A stretch of 64,000 bases of DNA from Calditrichota bacterium (GCA_018644935.1 JABGPL010000002.1:20139-84138), one strand, 5' to 3'; counted from the first letter of the stretch, positions 17,372 to 28,079 are shown. Notes: generated from the sequence alone by a model not told the origin. Numbers and translations are program-made.

Positions 17372-19270
17372 TTACTCCTGTGGAACTAAAATCTTGCGAC
17401 CGTAATCGCTTTCACGAAAGATGTCTATTACTTGAAGTGCCAACTCCACTCGCCCGAAAGGCGGCATAATGTAAGCGCCTTGAGCTTTCGGAGCTGATTT
17501 GATTAGAGTTTCGGCCGCTATTTCAACACCTATTTTTGCTGCTTCTTCGCGGTCGGTCACAGGCTTCAATCGATCTCTTATCGGTTGGGGTACTTCCATG
17601 CCAGGTACTTCGTTATGGAAGAACTCGGCGTTTCTAAAACTCGCCAGAGGCAATATCCCGACTAAGATCGGAACCTCCGGAATATCTGCTTTTTCTACAA
17701 AATGGAAGAAGATTTCCTCGTTGAATACTGGTTGTGTCAGAACATAACATGCACCGTTATCGATCTTTCGATGCAAACGGTCTATTTCAAGATCAAGATC
17801 AAGTGCCCCGGGGTTCGCACCACATCCAAGCAGGAGTGCTGTCGCATTTGGTATTGGGTTCCCGGCGAGGTCGAGGCTGTGGTTCAGGTTATCACCAATG
17901 TGAATCAAACCGATAGCGTCAACGTCGAAAACCGCAGTCGCCATTGGATAATCCCCTAATTTGGGGGGATCTCCCGTTATGCATAGAATATTATTGATGC
18001 CCATTACTTCAGCACCAAGTAAATCGGACTGAATGCCGAGAATATTGCGATCGCGACAGGTGTAATGAGGGAGGACGTCCATGCCTGTTTCTGCTTGTAT
18101 AGACTGAGCGAGTACCATTGCAGAAAGTCTTGCTGAAGCACGAGGACCATCGGGAATATTTACAATGCTAACGCCATTTTCCTGAAGTTTTTTTACATTG
18201 CGGATTATCCGCTTTATCGAAGGGCTACGCGGTGGATTCAATTCAACAGAAAAAACAAACTGATTATCATCAAATGACTTTGCAAGCTGTGACATTTCCC
18301 GATAGGGTTTTATAAAGTCAGTTCTAAAATCGCGAGGTTTAATTTTAACAGCAACCGGAATTTTTACTTTTGACAGCTCAGGCGATATCGCCCGAATAGC
18401 CGCTTCCATTGCTGAAATATGCGCTGGAGTCGAACCACAACACGCACCAACAAGTTTAACACCGTTCTGGATGAGACGTTTCGTATATTCAGCGAAATAT
18501 TCTGGAGTCGAACGGGTAATAAGACGGTCTTCAACCCATTCGAGTTCACCAGCGTTGGGCTGGATTATAATCGGATGATCAGTGTTCTCAAGCAATACCT
18601 GTGATGCTTCAAGCAGCTTATATGGACCGATAGAGCAGTTAATGCCGATTACATCTACATCGAGGTCATGAAGTTTTGCTGCAAACAGGGGGAGTGTCGT
18701 TCCATAGGCACTTTCGTTCCACTCTGAGAGTGTAAATTGCGCAATTACTGGGAGATCACAAACTTCGTGAACTGCCTTAACTGCCTGCACCAATTCTCCC
18801 GCAATTGCCATAGTTTCAATGATAATAAGGTCAACTCCACCCTCAACGAGACCTCGAGCCTGCTCGGCGAAGGCTTCTTTGGCATCTTTAATATCCAGGG
18901 TACCGAGTGGCTTGAGTCTTCTGCCGAGAGGTCCGATGCATCCGGCTACGAAAGCATCATGTCCGGATTTTTCCATGGCGCTTCGAGCAATTTTTGCTCC
19001 GGCTTTGTTGATTTGTACAACAGTTTCAGCCAGACCGTGGCTTGAGAGTTTATGCCGATTTGCCCCATAGGTGTTGGTGGAGATTATTTCAGCTCCTGCC
19101 CGGAGGTAATCGGAATGCACCGCTGAGACAATTTCCGGACGGGTGGTATTCAACTCATCGTAGCATTGGTTAGTATAAACACCACGGGAGTATAATTCGG
19201 TTCCCATCGCACCATCAAGTAATAATGGTGCACCTTCCAAGCGTCTTCGAAAGTCTTTTGTGTTTTTCAA
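17372..19270 (-). CDS. yitJ: Bifunctional homocysteine S-methyltransferase / 5,10-methylenetetrahydrofolate reductase (YitJ-like)
   Basis: N-terminal LLLDGAMGTELY...GACCGSTPAHI homocysteine methyltransferase domain. C-terminal MetF-like domain (SVELNPPRSPS...). Apparent TTG start. Confidence 0.75.
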   Translation of the reverse strand: MKNTKDFRRRLEGAPLLLDGAMGTELYSRGVYTNQCYDELNTTRPEIVSAVHSDYLRAGAEIISTNTYGANRHKLSSHGLAETVVQINKAGAKIARSAMEKSGHDAFVAGCIGPLGRRLKPLGTLDIKDAKEAFAEQARGLVEGGVDLIIIETMAIAGELVQAVKAVHEVCDLPVIAQFTLSEWNESAYGTTLPLFAAKLHDLDVDVIGINCSIGPYKLLEASQVLLENTDHPIIIQPNAGELEWVEDRLITRSTPEYFAEYTKRLIQNGVKLVGACCGSTPAHISAMEAAIRAISPELSKVKIPVAVKIKPRDFRTDFIKPYREMSQLAKSFDDNQFVFSVELNPPRSPSIKRIIRNVKKLQENGVSIVNIPDGPRASARLSAMVLAQSIQAETGMDVLPHYTCRDRNILGIQSDLLGAEVMGINNILCITGDPPKLGDYPMATAVFDVDAIGLIHIGDNLNHSLDLAGNPIPNATALLLGCGANPGALDLDLEIDRLHRKIDNGACYVLTQPVFNEEIFFHFVEKADIPEVPILVGILPLASFRNAEFFHNEVPGMEVPQPIRDRLKPVTDREEAAKIGVEIAAETLIKSAPKAQGAYIMPPFGRVELALQVIDIFRESDYGRKILVPQE

Positions 19271-19410
19271 GAAACTGTTGTTCCTTTCATTAATTCAATA
19301 AATCTGATTAATTGTAACCCTCAGACATCCTGTTTCTACTAAAGATATTACGAAAAGCGATTAGTTCGGGTTGACAGTTTTGTAAATATAAATAAAGTTA
19401 ATGGAAAAAT

Positions 19411-19436
19411 AAAGGCACGAGTTTATCGTGCCTTTA
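19411..19436 (-). terminator. Rho-independent terminator for the FadL-like gene ending at 19467
   Basis: aaaggcacg-agtttat-cgtgccttt hairpin. On the minus strand it is followed by ttatttttcc. Confidence 0.5.
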
Positions 19437-19466
19437 GAAAGAGATTTAACAGGTAGTGATTAGATG

Positions 19467-20363
19467 TTAAATTTTCATCCCCAATCCAACCCGCCAGGTA
19501 GTGCCAAGGTCATTTTCAAAGGGCGTAATCGCGAAATCCGCGTTAAACTGATTAAAAATAAATCCCAATCCACCGCTAAAATTTCGGCTGTCGTGACCTG
19601 CCATGTAGCCAGCTCGGGCGTATATTCGATCTGACCAGTTACTTTCCAATCCGAAATGATAATACTTATGTTCTTCTCTCTCAGCTATCCCATCAATTGC
19701 AAAGATTAAATTGACAGGTCCTACCTGGTAATCTTTAGACATTCCGAGTCGATAGGTTGTCGGATAAGCGTCATCTCCGGGACTTTCAAAACCAGCATTA
19801 GCTATAGAGAAACCAAAGTTAAAGTCATCGGTTTTAAGGAGAACTCCTAAATCGAGAATGTTCCAGACATCCAGACGGTCACCGAATATATCTTCGTATC
19901 CGCCTTTGTAAACAACTCCAAAAGATAGTTTTTCCGCAGGATGGTAAGCAATTCCCGCGCCGAGTACTACCTGCCTGAGTGTGAATTCTCCCTGTGGATC
20001 ACCGGGACGGTCGCGGACCTCAAATCCCTCTATTCCGTGATTAACGTAATAAGCGGCAACACCTCCCCAATCTGTCTGTAGATGTGCTCCACCGAAGCTA
20101 CCACTGCCATCTTCTATCCACTTAAATCCCTGAAACCAGAAGCCGGTATGACTCTGACCTATGTGAGCTGGATTCCACCAGGCAGCAGAGGCATCACGAG
20201 CATGGCTGACGCCGGTTTCACCCATTGCGATTTCACGTGTGCCGTTTGGAATAGACATAAAAGCCCAGCCTGTTGCAGCATTAGAATATGTGCTGCTAAG
20301 TCCCATCAGCAATGTGCAAATTATAAGAACTCTGATCGAATTCATAGTTTCCTCAAAATCCAA
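19467..20363 (-). CDS. FadL/PorV-like outer-membrane beta-barrel protein (paralog 2)
   Basis: Signal peptide, then IAMGETGVSHARDASAAWWNPAHIG (a FadL-type N-terminal motif) and a C-terminal aromatic-rich barrel. Confidence 0.5.
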   Translation of the reverse strand: MDFEETMNSIRVLIICTLLMGLSSTYSNAATGWAFMSIPNGTREIAMGETGVSHARDASAAWWNPAHIGQSHTGFWFQGFKWIEDGSGSFGGAHLQTDWGGVAAYYVNHGIEGFEVRDRPGDPQGEFTLRQVVLGAGIAYHPAEKLSFGVVYKGGYEDIFGDRLDVWNILDLGVLLKTDDFNFGFSIANAGFESPGDDAYPTTYRLGMSKDYQVGPVNLIFAIDGIAEREEHKYYHFGLESNWSDRIYARAGYMAGHDSRNFSGGLGFIFNQFNADFAITPFENDLGTTWRVGLGMKI

Positions 20364-21405
20364 AAATCCAGGTTAAAATATGTACGCCGTCAGCAGATTC
20401 ATTTTCAAGCAGAAATGCATAATCCAGCGCGACGTTAACATGCCGAACCATCAGGTCGAGACCAAATCCAAAGGTAGGAGCGAATCCCTGATAACCCGCC
20501 CTGAATGCCATCTTATTGTCGTTGAAGTAGGGACGGCGATACTCGACTCCGAACAGGGGTTGAAATGCATCATCATCATCTCCTATTATTTGAGGATATG
20601 TCACAATGTCTGATGCGATTGTTAAATCCTGTATGGGGTCCCACGCTGCACCTATCCTGATCTGGGTTGGAAGAGTATCTTCTTTTTCTCCGGTATCATC
20701 ACCCCAGACATCACTAGTTTCCCAGGTTATTTTGCTTCCGAGATCTCGTATTTGAAGACCAAACCTGAGATTACTCAGCGGCACAACCTGCATGCCCAGA
20801 TCGACACCCAAACCATTGGAGAAGAGTGTTTTATCATCTTCTTTGACTTTCGGAACTGCGTTCATCATCCACTTTATCGAAACACCTATAGAGACAATAT
20901 CATATGGCATCAGCGAGAATGTACCATGAAAAAGATTGTCTGACCAGGTGAAAGTTTCGTACAGCTCACCATTGGAATCGCGTCCTTCGATATCTCCTGT
21001 TCCTGCACGCAGTATTCCGAAAGCAAGTCCTGCTTTAGTTTGACGGACATCATGTTTAGCTCGCAATTTTCTCATTTCCGGCTGAAGCGGCATCGAGATT
21101 CCTGCATACATCAGGCTTCGATCAATCGATAACTTCCGGTAGCTCAAGGTTGCCGTTTTCGAGGTTTGGTAAGGTACTGCTGCCGGGTTGTAGTACCAGT
21201 TTGCTCCGCTCGATGCCATTGCAACACCAACTCCTCCCATGGCAACCCGGTCTGCTCCAAGCCCCATTCTTAGGAAATAACCAGCCTGACTGCCCAATTG
21301 CTTTGCGTTTAGGTTCGGACTGAGCAGGAAAATCCCAATTAACAGAAGTAAAACAAAGCGTAAGGTTTTATTTATTAAAAGCATTCTATCCTCTTTTTGA
21401 TGCAA
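20353..21405 (-). CDS. FadL/PorV-like outer-membrane beta-barrel protein (paralog 3)
   Basis: Signal peptide, then VAMGGVGVAMASSGANWYYNPAAV, C-terminal ...TWIFGF. Overlaps the downstream paralog by 11 bp, so the two are in one operon. Confidence 0.5.
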   Translation of the reverse strand: MHQKEDRMLLINKTLRFVLLLLIGIFLLSPNLNAKQLGSQAGYFLRMGLGADRVAMGGVGVAMASSGANWYYNPAAVPYQTSKTATLSYRKLSIDRSLMYAGISMPLQPEMRKLRAKHDVRQTKAGLAFGILRAGTGDIEGRDSNGELYETFTWSDNLFHGTFSLMPYDIVSIGVSIKWMMNAVPKVKEDDKTLFSNGLGVDLGMQVVPLSNLRFGLQIRDLGSKITWETSDVWGDDTGEKEDTLPTQIRIGAAWDPIQDLTIASDIVTYPQIIGDDDDAFQPLFGVEYRRPYFNDNKMAFRAGYQGFAPTFGFGLDLMVRHVNVALDYAFLLENESADGVHILTWIFGF

Positions 21406-21504
21406 TTCCAGGAATTGCCAATAGTGGTGTCAGTCGTCCTCGTCTGACCCTTCATGCATAGTTCGGATTGTCAGGTAGGACACATGACAATACTAAATTG
21501 GGGT

Positions 21505-23052
21505 TTAATCAAGAACCATAACTTTTCCCCACCAGGTATTACTGCCTACCTTTACCCGATAGAAATAAACACCGTTTGCAACAAGATCTCCATCACTGTC
21601 CCTGCCATCCCATTGAATTGCGCCATATCCGGACATCTCATTCGTTCCTCCACCGGGGAGTAACATTGAACCTGAGCTGTAAACAGATTCCATATTGAAG
21701 TTCATTATTTTCAGTTCGGCACTTATAGAAGATGAAGCTGGAACCTGAAACCGGGTTAATTGCCCTCTTTTCGGAGAGAACGGGCTTGGATATGCATATG
21801 TGTTCGGAGTGCCGTCGACTCCAGCTGGTTTAAATGACCGATGTATGCGCCATGAAAATGTACCGGTGTCATGGTTGAATCTACCTTCAGCAAGTCCAGC
21901 GTTTGTGCCGACCCAGATGGCATCGCTGGTTTCTTCCCACACAGCCGAGAAGAAATCGACGTTTCTGAAGTTTTCACCAGTTGTCGGATCATAAATTTCA
22001 TCCAGTGGTGCCCACGTATGACCGAGATCCTGACTGAACCAAAGAGCTCCATCTGCGGCTGCATATACCGTGCTGTCTCCACCAAAACCGATGTTGTGAA
22101 CGTGCAATGGCCCATATCTGTCAATCAGATATTCACCGGGCTGTAGTTCGGTCGAGTCCGACAATGCAATTCGCCATGAAGCACCATCGTTTTCCGACAC
22201 AGATAGACCGTAGTATTCTTTTGGATCATTTGCCTTCCACGTAGCTGCCCAGATGTTGAAGTGATCTGGAATCGTCGGAGATTTTTGTGCTGCAAGTGCG
22301 GTAACAAAGTTACCGGAGATGTGTCCGGGATCTTCATGAAATGCGAAAGCTTCCCAGTTCAATCCTTCGTCAATTGACCGGCTTATACCACCCGCAGTTC
22401 CAACCCAGAGTGCGTCTTTGACATAAATAACACTGAAGCCTCTATGGTTCAGATTATGTAATGCTGTGAATGACTGGCCGTCGACTGTCACCAACTCCCA
22501 CTCTTCGCTTCCGTATCTGAGTCTGCGCAATCCCCCGCCCCAGCTTGTTATCCAGACCGATTCCTGTGAAAGTGCAATATCGTATGTTACATTCTGGACA
22601 TTAGTTGTTGTGGGAGCATAATCTTCAGTGTCTACTGGATCTACTGGCTGTGGGAGCCATATCCAATCTTCCCCTCCATTTCGGGAGTATCCAACCCCGC
22701 CACCGGCAGGCAACGTTCCCGCACTTGTTTTTTCGCTGAATGCAGTTGCTGCCCAGATAATTGAATCGCTGACGGTTAATGCTGAAATCCCACCGGTACC
22801 AATCGCATCGCCGCTTCTGATGTTAAACCAGCCCTGACCACCCAAGTAGTATTGAGCAATCCCGCGACTTGTTCCCATCCATAATGTTCCATCATCTGGA
22901 AGGATGTCAATTATTGAGTTTGATGGCAGTCTTCCCTCCGGATCTGGAGATGAGTCAAGTTCGAAATATCCGGGGAGCACCGCTGCATTTGAAATGCCAA
23001 ACAGGAGCAGCACTGCTACGAGGGAAAGTTTATTAAATGATTTCTGTTTCAA
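21505..23052 (-). CDS. Secreted BNR/beta-propeller-like repeat protein with T9SS-type C-terminal domain
   Basis: Signal peptide. Repeated W/G-rich blades (DGTLWMGTSRG, WIWLPQP, ALWVGTAGG...). C-terminal WDGRDSDGDLVANGVYFYRVKVGS...GKVMVLD resembles CTD / FlgD-Ig-like sorting domains. Confidence 0.45.
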   Translation of the reverse strand: MKQKSFNKLSLVAVLLLFGISNAAVLPGYFELDSSPDPEGRLPSNSIIDILPDDGTLWMGTSRGIAQYYLGGQGWFNIRSGDAIGTGGISALTVSDSIIWAATAFSEKTSAGTLPAGGGVGYSRNGGEDWIWLPQPVDPVDTEDYAPTTTNVQNVTYDIALSQESVWITSWGGGLRRLRYGSEEWELVTVDGQSFTALHNLNHRGFSVIYVKDALWVGTAGGISRSIDEGLNWEAFAFHEDPGHISGNFVTALAAQKSPTIPDHFNIWAATWKANDPKEYYGLSVSENDGASWRIALSDSTELQPGEYLIDRYGPLHVHNIGFGGDSTVYAAADGALWFSQDLGHTWAPLDEIYDPTTGENFRNVDFFSAVWEETSDAIWVGTNAGLAEGRFNHDTGTFSWRIHRSFKPAGVDGTPNTYAYPSPFSPKRGQLTRFQVPASSSISAELKIMNFNMESVYSSGSMLLPGGGTNEMSGYGAIQWDGRDSDGDLVANGVYFYRVKVGSNTWWGKVMVLD

Positions 23053-23061
23053 AGCTGTTCT

Positions 23062-24408
23062 CTATTTTTGGAAATAGCCCTTATTAATCGATGAAAATGG
23101 AATATATCCAGAGGGGTCATCCGGATTATTCTTCCGATTTATAAATTGTTCATCATCATATGCAAAGACCAGATCCGTTGAAAGCGTTTCGCCACTATTA
23201 CCGGCTCGGTCTGAGGGTGTCCAATTGAATGTAAAAGTCACGTCTGTAGGATTAGTTCTGTTCGCACTGAAACCCGCTCTATAAAATCCATCCCCTGCTG
23301 TAGAATCTATGTCTACACCATCGTCGAAATAGAAACTCTGCCAGGGATCTCTACCTTCTCGTGGCAGGAAAACGAAAAGTGAATCAAAGTCATTAACACC
23401 TTGGTCATCCCTGACCTCAATATCAAAGTGAAAGAAAACTGTTGTTGTGTCTTCTCGAGGAATCCAAACGGTGTCTGGTCCACTGAAATTTACAATCTCC
23501 GGAGGCAGGTTCTCAAATTGGCATGCAATTCGGTCACTGTAAACCCACTGCGGAACTTGACCCTGAGACAGTACATTATCCATCGTTCTGTATACTACCT
23601 GATATGGACGATCGTGAATCCCTACAGCCATTTCCGGGAATGAAACAATAGTCCATGTTGAGTCATCCATCCTTTCCATAGGGTATGACCTGAATCCTGA
23701 AATTTCCAGTTCAGGTTCTGTCAGTACAAGTTCAGTTCGGTTGACATCGGAGAATCCATCGGGATCACCGATAATTGCAGTGAATGTATCACTGTTACTG
23801 CCACTTGCAACAAACGGTGGCGTCTCGTGGCGAATTACAGCAGGAGGAGAATTTTCACTCACTGAAACTTTGACATGCAGGGAATCAGGTGGGGGACCAG
23901 TCGTAAATACAAAAGACAAGTTATAATCACCTCTGCGTGGAGCAAATTTGGAATTGATTCGCCTGGAAAAAATACCATCTCCAGGAATGATGTCGCCGCT
24001 CTTTGAGTCTGCCCAGCCATCCGAATCATTCCAGGTTCCCAACCCACCGTCATCGTAGAGCCTGAAATGAGTATTACTTCCTGATTCGCCTTTAATAAAG
24101 CAGATCATAGTTTTATCGGCTGAAAGATCTCGAGGTATTACTTGAATTTCGATCTGACGGTGTTCTTCAGATTCAAAAACCCATAAAAGATCGAGTGTTT
24201 TCGCGGAAATGCCTGTTGCTAAACCGACAACCTGAGTGGTGGGTTCACAACCGGAAACTAAAATGGATAGTATAAACACAATCGATAATAACGCGGATGC
24301 GCCTGCCCAAGGCGGCTGGTGCGATTGATTAAATAATCGATTGTGAAAAGATTGTAGTATTTTCACAATAGTGATCTTGTTGTATTTGAACAAATTGTAG
24401 AAGGTCAT
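23062..24408 (-). CDS. Hypothetical lipoprotein; the track ORF extends to 24594, but the probable start is near 24408
   Basis: A lipobox LLSIVFILSILVSGC lies downstream of an internal Met. The rest is D/G/S/T-rich with no recognisable catalytic motif. Confidence 0.4.
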   Translation of the reverse strand: MTFYNLFKYNKITIVKILQSFHNRLFNQSHQPPWAGASALLSIVFILSILVSGCEPTTQVVGLATGISAKTLDLLWVFESEEHRQIEIQVIPRDLSADKTMICFIKGESGSNTHFRLYDDGGLGTWNDSDGWADSKSGDIIPGDGIFSRRINSKFAPRRGDYNLSFVFTTGPPPDSLHVKVSVSENSPPAVIRHETPPFVASGSNSDTFTAIIGDPDGFSDVNRTELVLTEPELEISGFRSYPMERMDDSTWTIVSFPEMAVGIHDRPYQVVYRTMDNVLSQGQVPQWVYSDRIACQFENLPPEIVNFSGPDTVWIPREDTTTVFFHFDIEVRDDQGVNDFDSLFVFLPREGRDPWQSFYFDDGVDIDSTAGDGFYRAGFSANRTNPTDVTFTFNWTPSDRAGNSGETLSTDLVFAYDDEQFINRKNNPDDPSGYIPFSSINKGYFQK

Positions 24409-24659
24409 TGTTTTAACCAATATGACCTTTGAAATGTTCCGGAATTGCGTGGATTTGAGTTTCACAGACATTCCTGACTCGTTAGCGTTTAAAAGTCTAA
24501 TAATAACGGCATATTCAACTGCCGACCGAAAGAAAGCTTTTCGGTATGTTTTTGATAAAGTAAAAACTCTAACGAACTTGCCCGTTAACCTCAAGATAAG
24601 GGATTGAAGAAATGCGTAATCCTAAAGATAAAGAAAATTTACTTTAAAAACAAGATATT

Positions 24660-25370
24660 TCAGATGTTCTTCATTAAATTCATATCAACTTCAATAATCT
24701 GTTGATAAAGCACTTGAAACTTTCCATGCTCAAAATCCTCATGAAAATGAGCACCGAACCACTTTTCATATGAACAGCGATCATTTACAATATCCAGAAA
24801 AATAGATGTTGGGTCGTTAGTTTTTTCAAACCACTTCATAAAAGATGAAACCACTTTTTTGGGCAAAGTATGGGTTAAAATGTAATCCACTTTATTGTCG
24901 AATTTTTCCAGATTTTGAAACGCATGCTCCATTTCCTCAGGAGATGGAATCTCGCTTTCCCACCATGATATTCCTGGCTTCCGTGCGAATTTATCTATCG
25001 AATCAGCACCTCCCATAACAAAAATATCTCTATTACCCATTCGGTAAATCTCACCGCGCTTCAGATGCCAGATATTCTCACTTACCTGTCCGGCCATTCC
25101 TCCCTGAAAACTTACTTCAGGCATCTCTGATAATCTTGAGTGATTCTCATGGTTTCCATCTATGAAGGCGACACGACAATTTATCTCATCGAATAGCTTT
25201 ATCCAATATCGCTCTGTATTATTGGGTTCATTGCTCCAGATAAAACCGAAGTCACCGAGTATGATAAGAAGATCTTCTTTATTCAGTTTGTTTTGTTCAG
25301 GCCAATTCTTCTCAGAGAGTTTCTCAGCTGAAAGACCACCATGAGTATCACCTGTTAGAAAAAGTCTCAT
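24660..25370 (-). CDS. Calcineurin-like metallophosphoesterase
   Basis: GDTHGG ... ILGDFGF ... IDGNHEN ... GAHFHED motif series. Confidence 0.7.
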   Translation of the reverse strand: MRLFLTGDTHGGLSAEKLSEKNWPEQNKLNKEDLLIILGDFGFIWSNEPNNTERYWIKLFDEINCRVAFIDGNHENHSRLSEMPEVSFQGGMAGQVSENIWHLKRGEIYRMGNRDIFVMGGADSIDKFARKPGISWWESEIPSPEEMEHAFQNLEKFDNKVDYILTHTLPKKVVSSFMKWFEKTNDPTSIFLDIVNDRCSYEKWFGAHFHEDFEHGKFQVLYQQIIEVDMNLMKNI

Positions 25371-26965
25371 TGGATATTTGCGTCAGAAGAAAGATTTATC
25401 TTTATTTTTAGGCTATCTTCGACTTGCATCTTAAAATCAATGTACAGGCTGGTTTCAACCTTTACCGTTTCAAAGTCGATTATATTATTGCCGGCAAGAA
25501 TATTTAAAACATTTGATCCGGATGGCAATAGAATATGGAATTCAACCAAACAGTTTTTGGAATAAACTTCAACTGAAATGAATTCATCTTGCATTTGATA
25601 GATATATTTGAGCCAACTTTCAGATGCTGCGTACTCAACTCGAACCTCAGCATTTTTTACACCAGCAGCAGACCATCTTGGCGAAAGGTGTACTTTGCTG
25701 AAGGTCGAGTTTTTGTCGACAACACCAGCCAGTCCTTCCATCAAAGCATATAGCATCGCACTCGATCCCCAGCCGTCGGTTGGTTCGGCTTCGGGACTGG
25801 TGCTGGTTTCGACACTGGCTGCTGTGCCGTCCGGGAAATACCATAGATAGGTTTCGTCGTGCTCTGAGATTATTTTATAATATCTTCCGAGAATGTCGAC
25901 ACCATAGGCTTCAAAGCCATGCTCGAAGGCAGCTCTGGCAAGTTCACCTCCGACAAGGGGCATAATGCCACCATTTGCATAGGCTCCCTCAACGAGGAGT
26001 TCCTCACCGAAGAAACCTGCCGGAAATGGTGGTTCTATTGAAAACCATTCGGCAAAGGCATCCGTTGTATCCCGGCGCTTCTGATATTCCTTAAGGATTG
26101 AAACTGCCATCTCGTGTGATGTTACCCCTCGGTTAATGTCCATTGGGTTGCTGAGACTGAGCTGGTTGTTCTCGTCAACTTCAGGAAGATCAAGCGGGGT
26201 TAATTTCAAGAAATGTCTGTAGAAAGTACCGTTCCAGCAGAATTTGTTCATATTTGTTTTAAGCTCTTCTGCTCTATGGTGCCACTCCTGTGCTTTTTCA
26301 GGAAAGTCAGCGAGTTCGTTTAAATCACCGACAATATGGAACGCTTCATAATAACCGCTGTTATCACCGTGCATTATTCCCCAGAACGTATCCTCGTCTA
26401 TCTGGAATTGCAGCCAGTCATGCTTTCCGGCCGAATAAGCAAAATCCCAAGTGTCTATGGTATACGCGCGTTTGACAAGACCGTGTTCCGCATCCCACCG
26501 GTGGGGATGACTCAGTATGTAGTTGAGGGCTTTTTCCAACTTAGGCAACAGGTTAATGAACCATTCATCATCACCAGTTGCCTGCCAGGTGGTGTGTGCA
26601 GCTTTTACAAACCGGAATTCAACATCGGCTTCAACAGGAACGCGAACATATTTAGTCCAGTTTTCGCGTTCACTCGGTAGTTTTTCAGGAAAGGTCGTGA
26701 AGTAGTCAAAGACACGTCCCGAGTCAGATTGATTCTCCGCGAAATGGTCAACGACGCTCTTGAGATCCGACTCAAAATACTTGATGCCACGCATCATATC
26801 CGAGTAATCCCTAATCCAGATTGATTTAGCATCGGGAGGTCGGTAACCACGGATTTTCTGTCCTTCGATGTTTACCTCAAGCAAGTCTTTCTCAAGAAAG
26901 GACTTTACTTTTGGGTAGAAGTTGTCAAAGATGGGGGAGCCGGTTTTTATGTAAACGTTGTTCAA
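25367..26965 (-). CDS. Putative (alpha/alpha)6-barrel glycoside hydrolase-like protein
   Basis: 532 aa. The C-terminal half has GGIMPLVGGELARAAFEHGFEAYGVDILGRYYKI and DGWGSSAMLYALMEGLAGV, typical of six-hairpin glycosidases. ATGA overlap with the downstream phosphoesterase gene. Confidence 0.4.
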   Translation of the reverse strand: MNNVYIKTGSPIFDNFYPKVKSFLEKDLLEVNIEGQKIRGYRPPDAKSIWIRDYSDMMRGIKYFESDLKSVVDHFAENQSDSGRVFDYFTTFPEKLPSERENWTKYVRVPVEADVEFRFVKAAHTTWQATGDDEWFINLLPKLEKALNYILSHPHRWDAEHGLVKRAYTIDTWDFAYSAGKHDWLQFQIDEDTFWGIMHGDNSGYYEAFHIVGDLNELADFPEKAQEWHHRAEELKTNMNKFCWNGTFYRHFLKLTPLDLPEVDENNQLSLSNPMDINRGVTSHEMAVSILKEYQKRRDTTDAFAEWFSIEPPFPAGFFGEELLVEGAYANGGIMPLVGGELARAAFEHGFEAYGVDILGRYYKIISEHDETYLWYFPDGTAASVETSTSPEAEPTDGWGSSAMLYALMEGLAGVVDKNSTFSKVHLSPRWSAAGVKNAEVRVEYAASESWLKYIYQMQDEFISVEVYSKNCLVEFHILLPSGSNVLNILAGNNIIDFETVKVETSLYIDFKMQVEDSLKIKINLSSDANIQ

Positions 26966-27108
26966 GGATACCTCTAATGGGAAAACTTGTCAATTGTCGA
27001 AAAGTCCAATACCCAAGATAAACGCTAGTTATTGATATTTCCACCTTCAAAGAAACCGTTAGCGGGAGTTTCCGATGCGGGTGTGTAATTTTTTGAGGGA
27101 CAAAGCTG

Positions 27109-28005
27109 ATGTTTAGATTGTGTTCTGAGGATGTGTATCTATCAGCTATATTTTGTTTAATTAGTATTATATTATATGTACATATGAAAAAGCCGCTCTA
27201 TTTGAAATCTTCAAACAAGTGTCGTCGGACCAGATACAATTCATTTACTAATATTTCTGAGTTTAAGTTTATGGACAAATACAAGACGTTAAGCGAAAAT
27301 GATATCGAAGTGCGATATCATGGACAGGACGGAACATTTGCAGAGGAAACACTTTACACTGTATGGGAAGCAAGGACTTTTCTCAAAGACTATTTTGACA
27401 TAAAAGAACAATTTCCCAAAATTAGAGTGGTTCTGACTCCGAATCGAGATGAATTTGATCGGCTTGTAAAGGATTGGCTCCATGTTGAAATCGAGAGACC
27501 TTCTCACCCTTCAAGGATGGCGCAGCCTCAAAGGACCGATTTGGTTGTTCTATCCCCATCAGCATATGATAAGTATTCCACTTTTGAGTATGTGAGTGAC
27601 GAATACCGCCGGATTCTCTTCCACGAAATGACCCATATTTTTGAAGAGTATCTCTCACCGGATATTGAGGCATCTCAGAGGTGGTGGGGGGAAGGACTTG
27701 CTGTTTTCTTGTCGGGGCACTGGAAATTCGATGATCAATACAATTTCAGAAAACCCGTTCTCGATGGAATCCGGGAGAACGATATCCCGAACATCAAGGA
27801 TATTCAATCGAATGTAACAAAAAGCTATGATTGGGGATGGACTATTGTCAGATTTATTGAAATTACATATGGCAGGGAAATTATTGTGAAAATTGTTAGG
27901 GAATGTAGTGATGGTAATGTTTTTGCAGAGTTGGGTGAGAATATTGGCAGATTCGAGAAGAACTGGAAAAAATGGCTCCTTGAAGAAGGTGATTCAATAA
28001 GTTAA
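27109..28005 (+). CDS. HExxH gluzincin-like (peptidase MA clan) protein
   Basis: ILFHEMTHIFEEY, with a downstream WWGEGLAVFLSG that could supply a third Zn ligand. The true start is probably an internal Met. Confidence 0.45.
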   Translation: MFRLCSEDVYLSAIFCLISIILYVHMKKPLYLKSSNKCRRTRYNSFTNISEFKFMDKYKTLSENDIEVRYHGQDGTFAEETLYTVWEARTFLKDYFDIKEQFPKIRVVLTPNRDEFDRLVKDWLHVEIERPSHPSRMAQPQRTDLVVLSPSAYDKYSTFEYVSDEYRRILFHEMTHIFEEYLSPDIEASQRWWGEGLAVFLSGHWKFDDQYNFRKPVLDGIRENDIPNIKDIQSNVTKSYDWGWTIVRFIEITYGREIIVKIVRECSDGNVFAELGENIGRFEKNWKKWLLEEGDSIS

Positions 28006-28079
28006 TTGAATATTCATTAGATTGTGAAACTTCTTGGAAGGCTTGATAGTTCATCTAAAGATGACTTAATTAAATTACA

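Noticed and set aside
13898-19270. Possible duplicated or fragmented metH (two adjacent genes both start with a homocysteine-binding domain)
   Set aside because: The domain order shows two distinct intact genes: a MetH of normal length, and a separate fusion of a homocysteine methyltransferase domain to MTHFR, a known arrangement.
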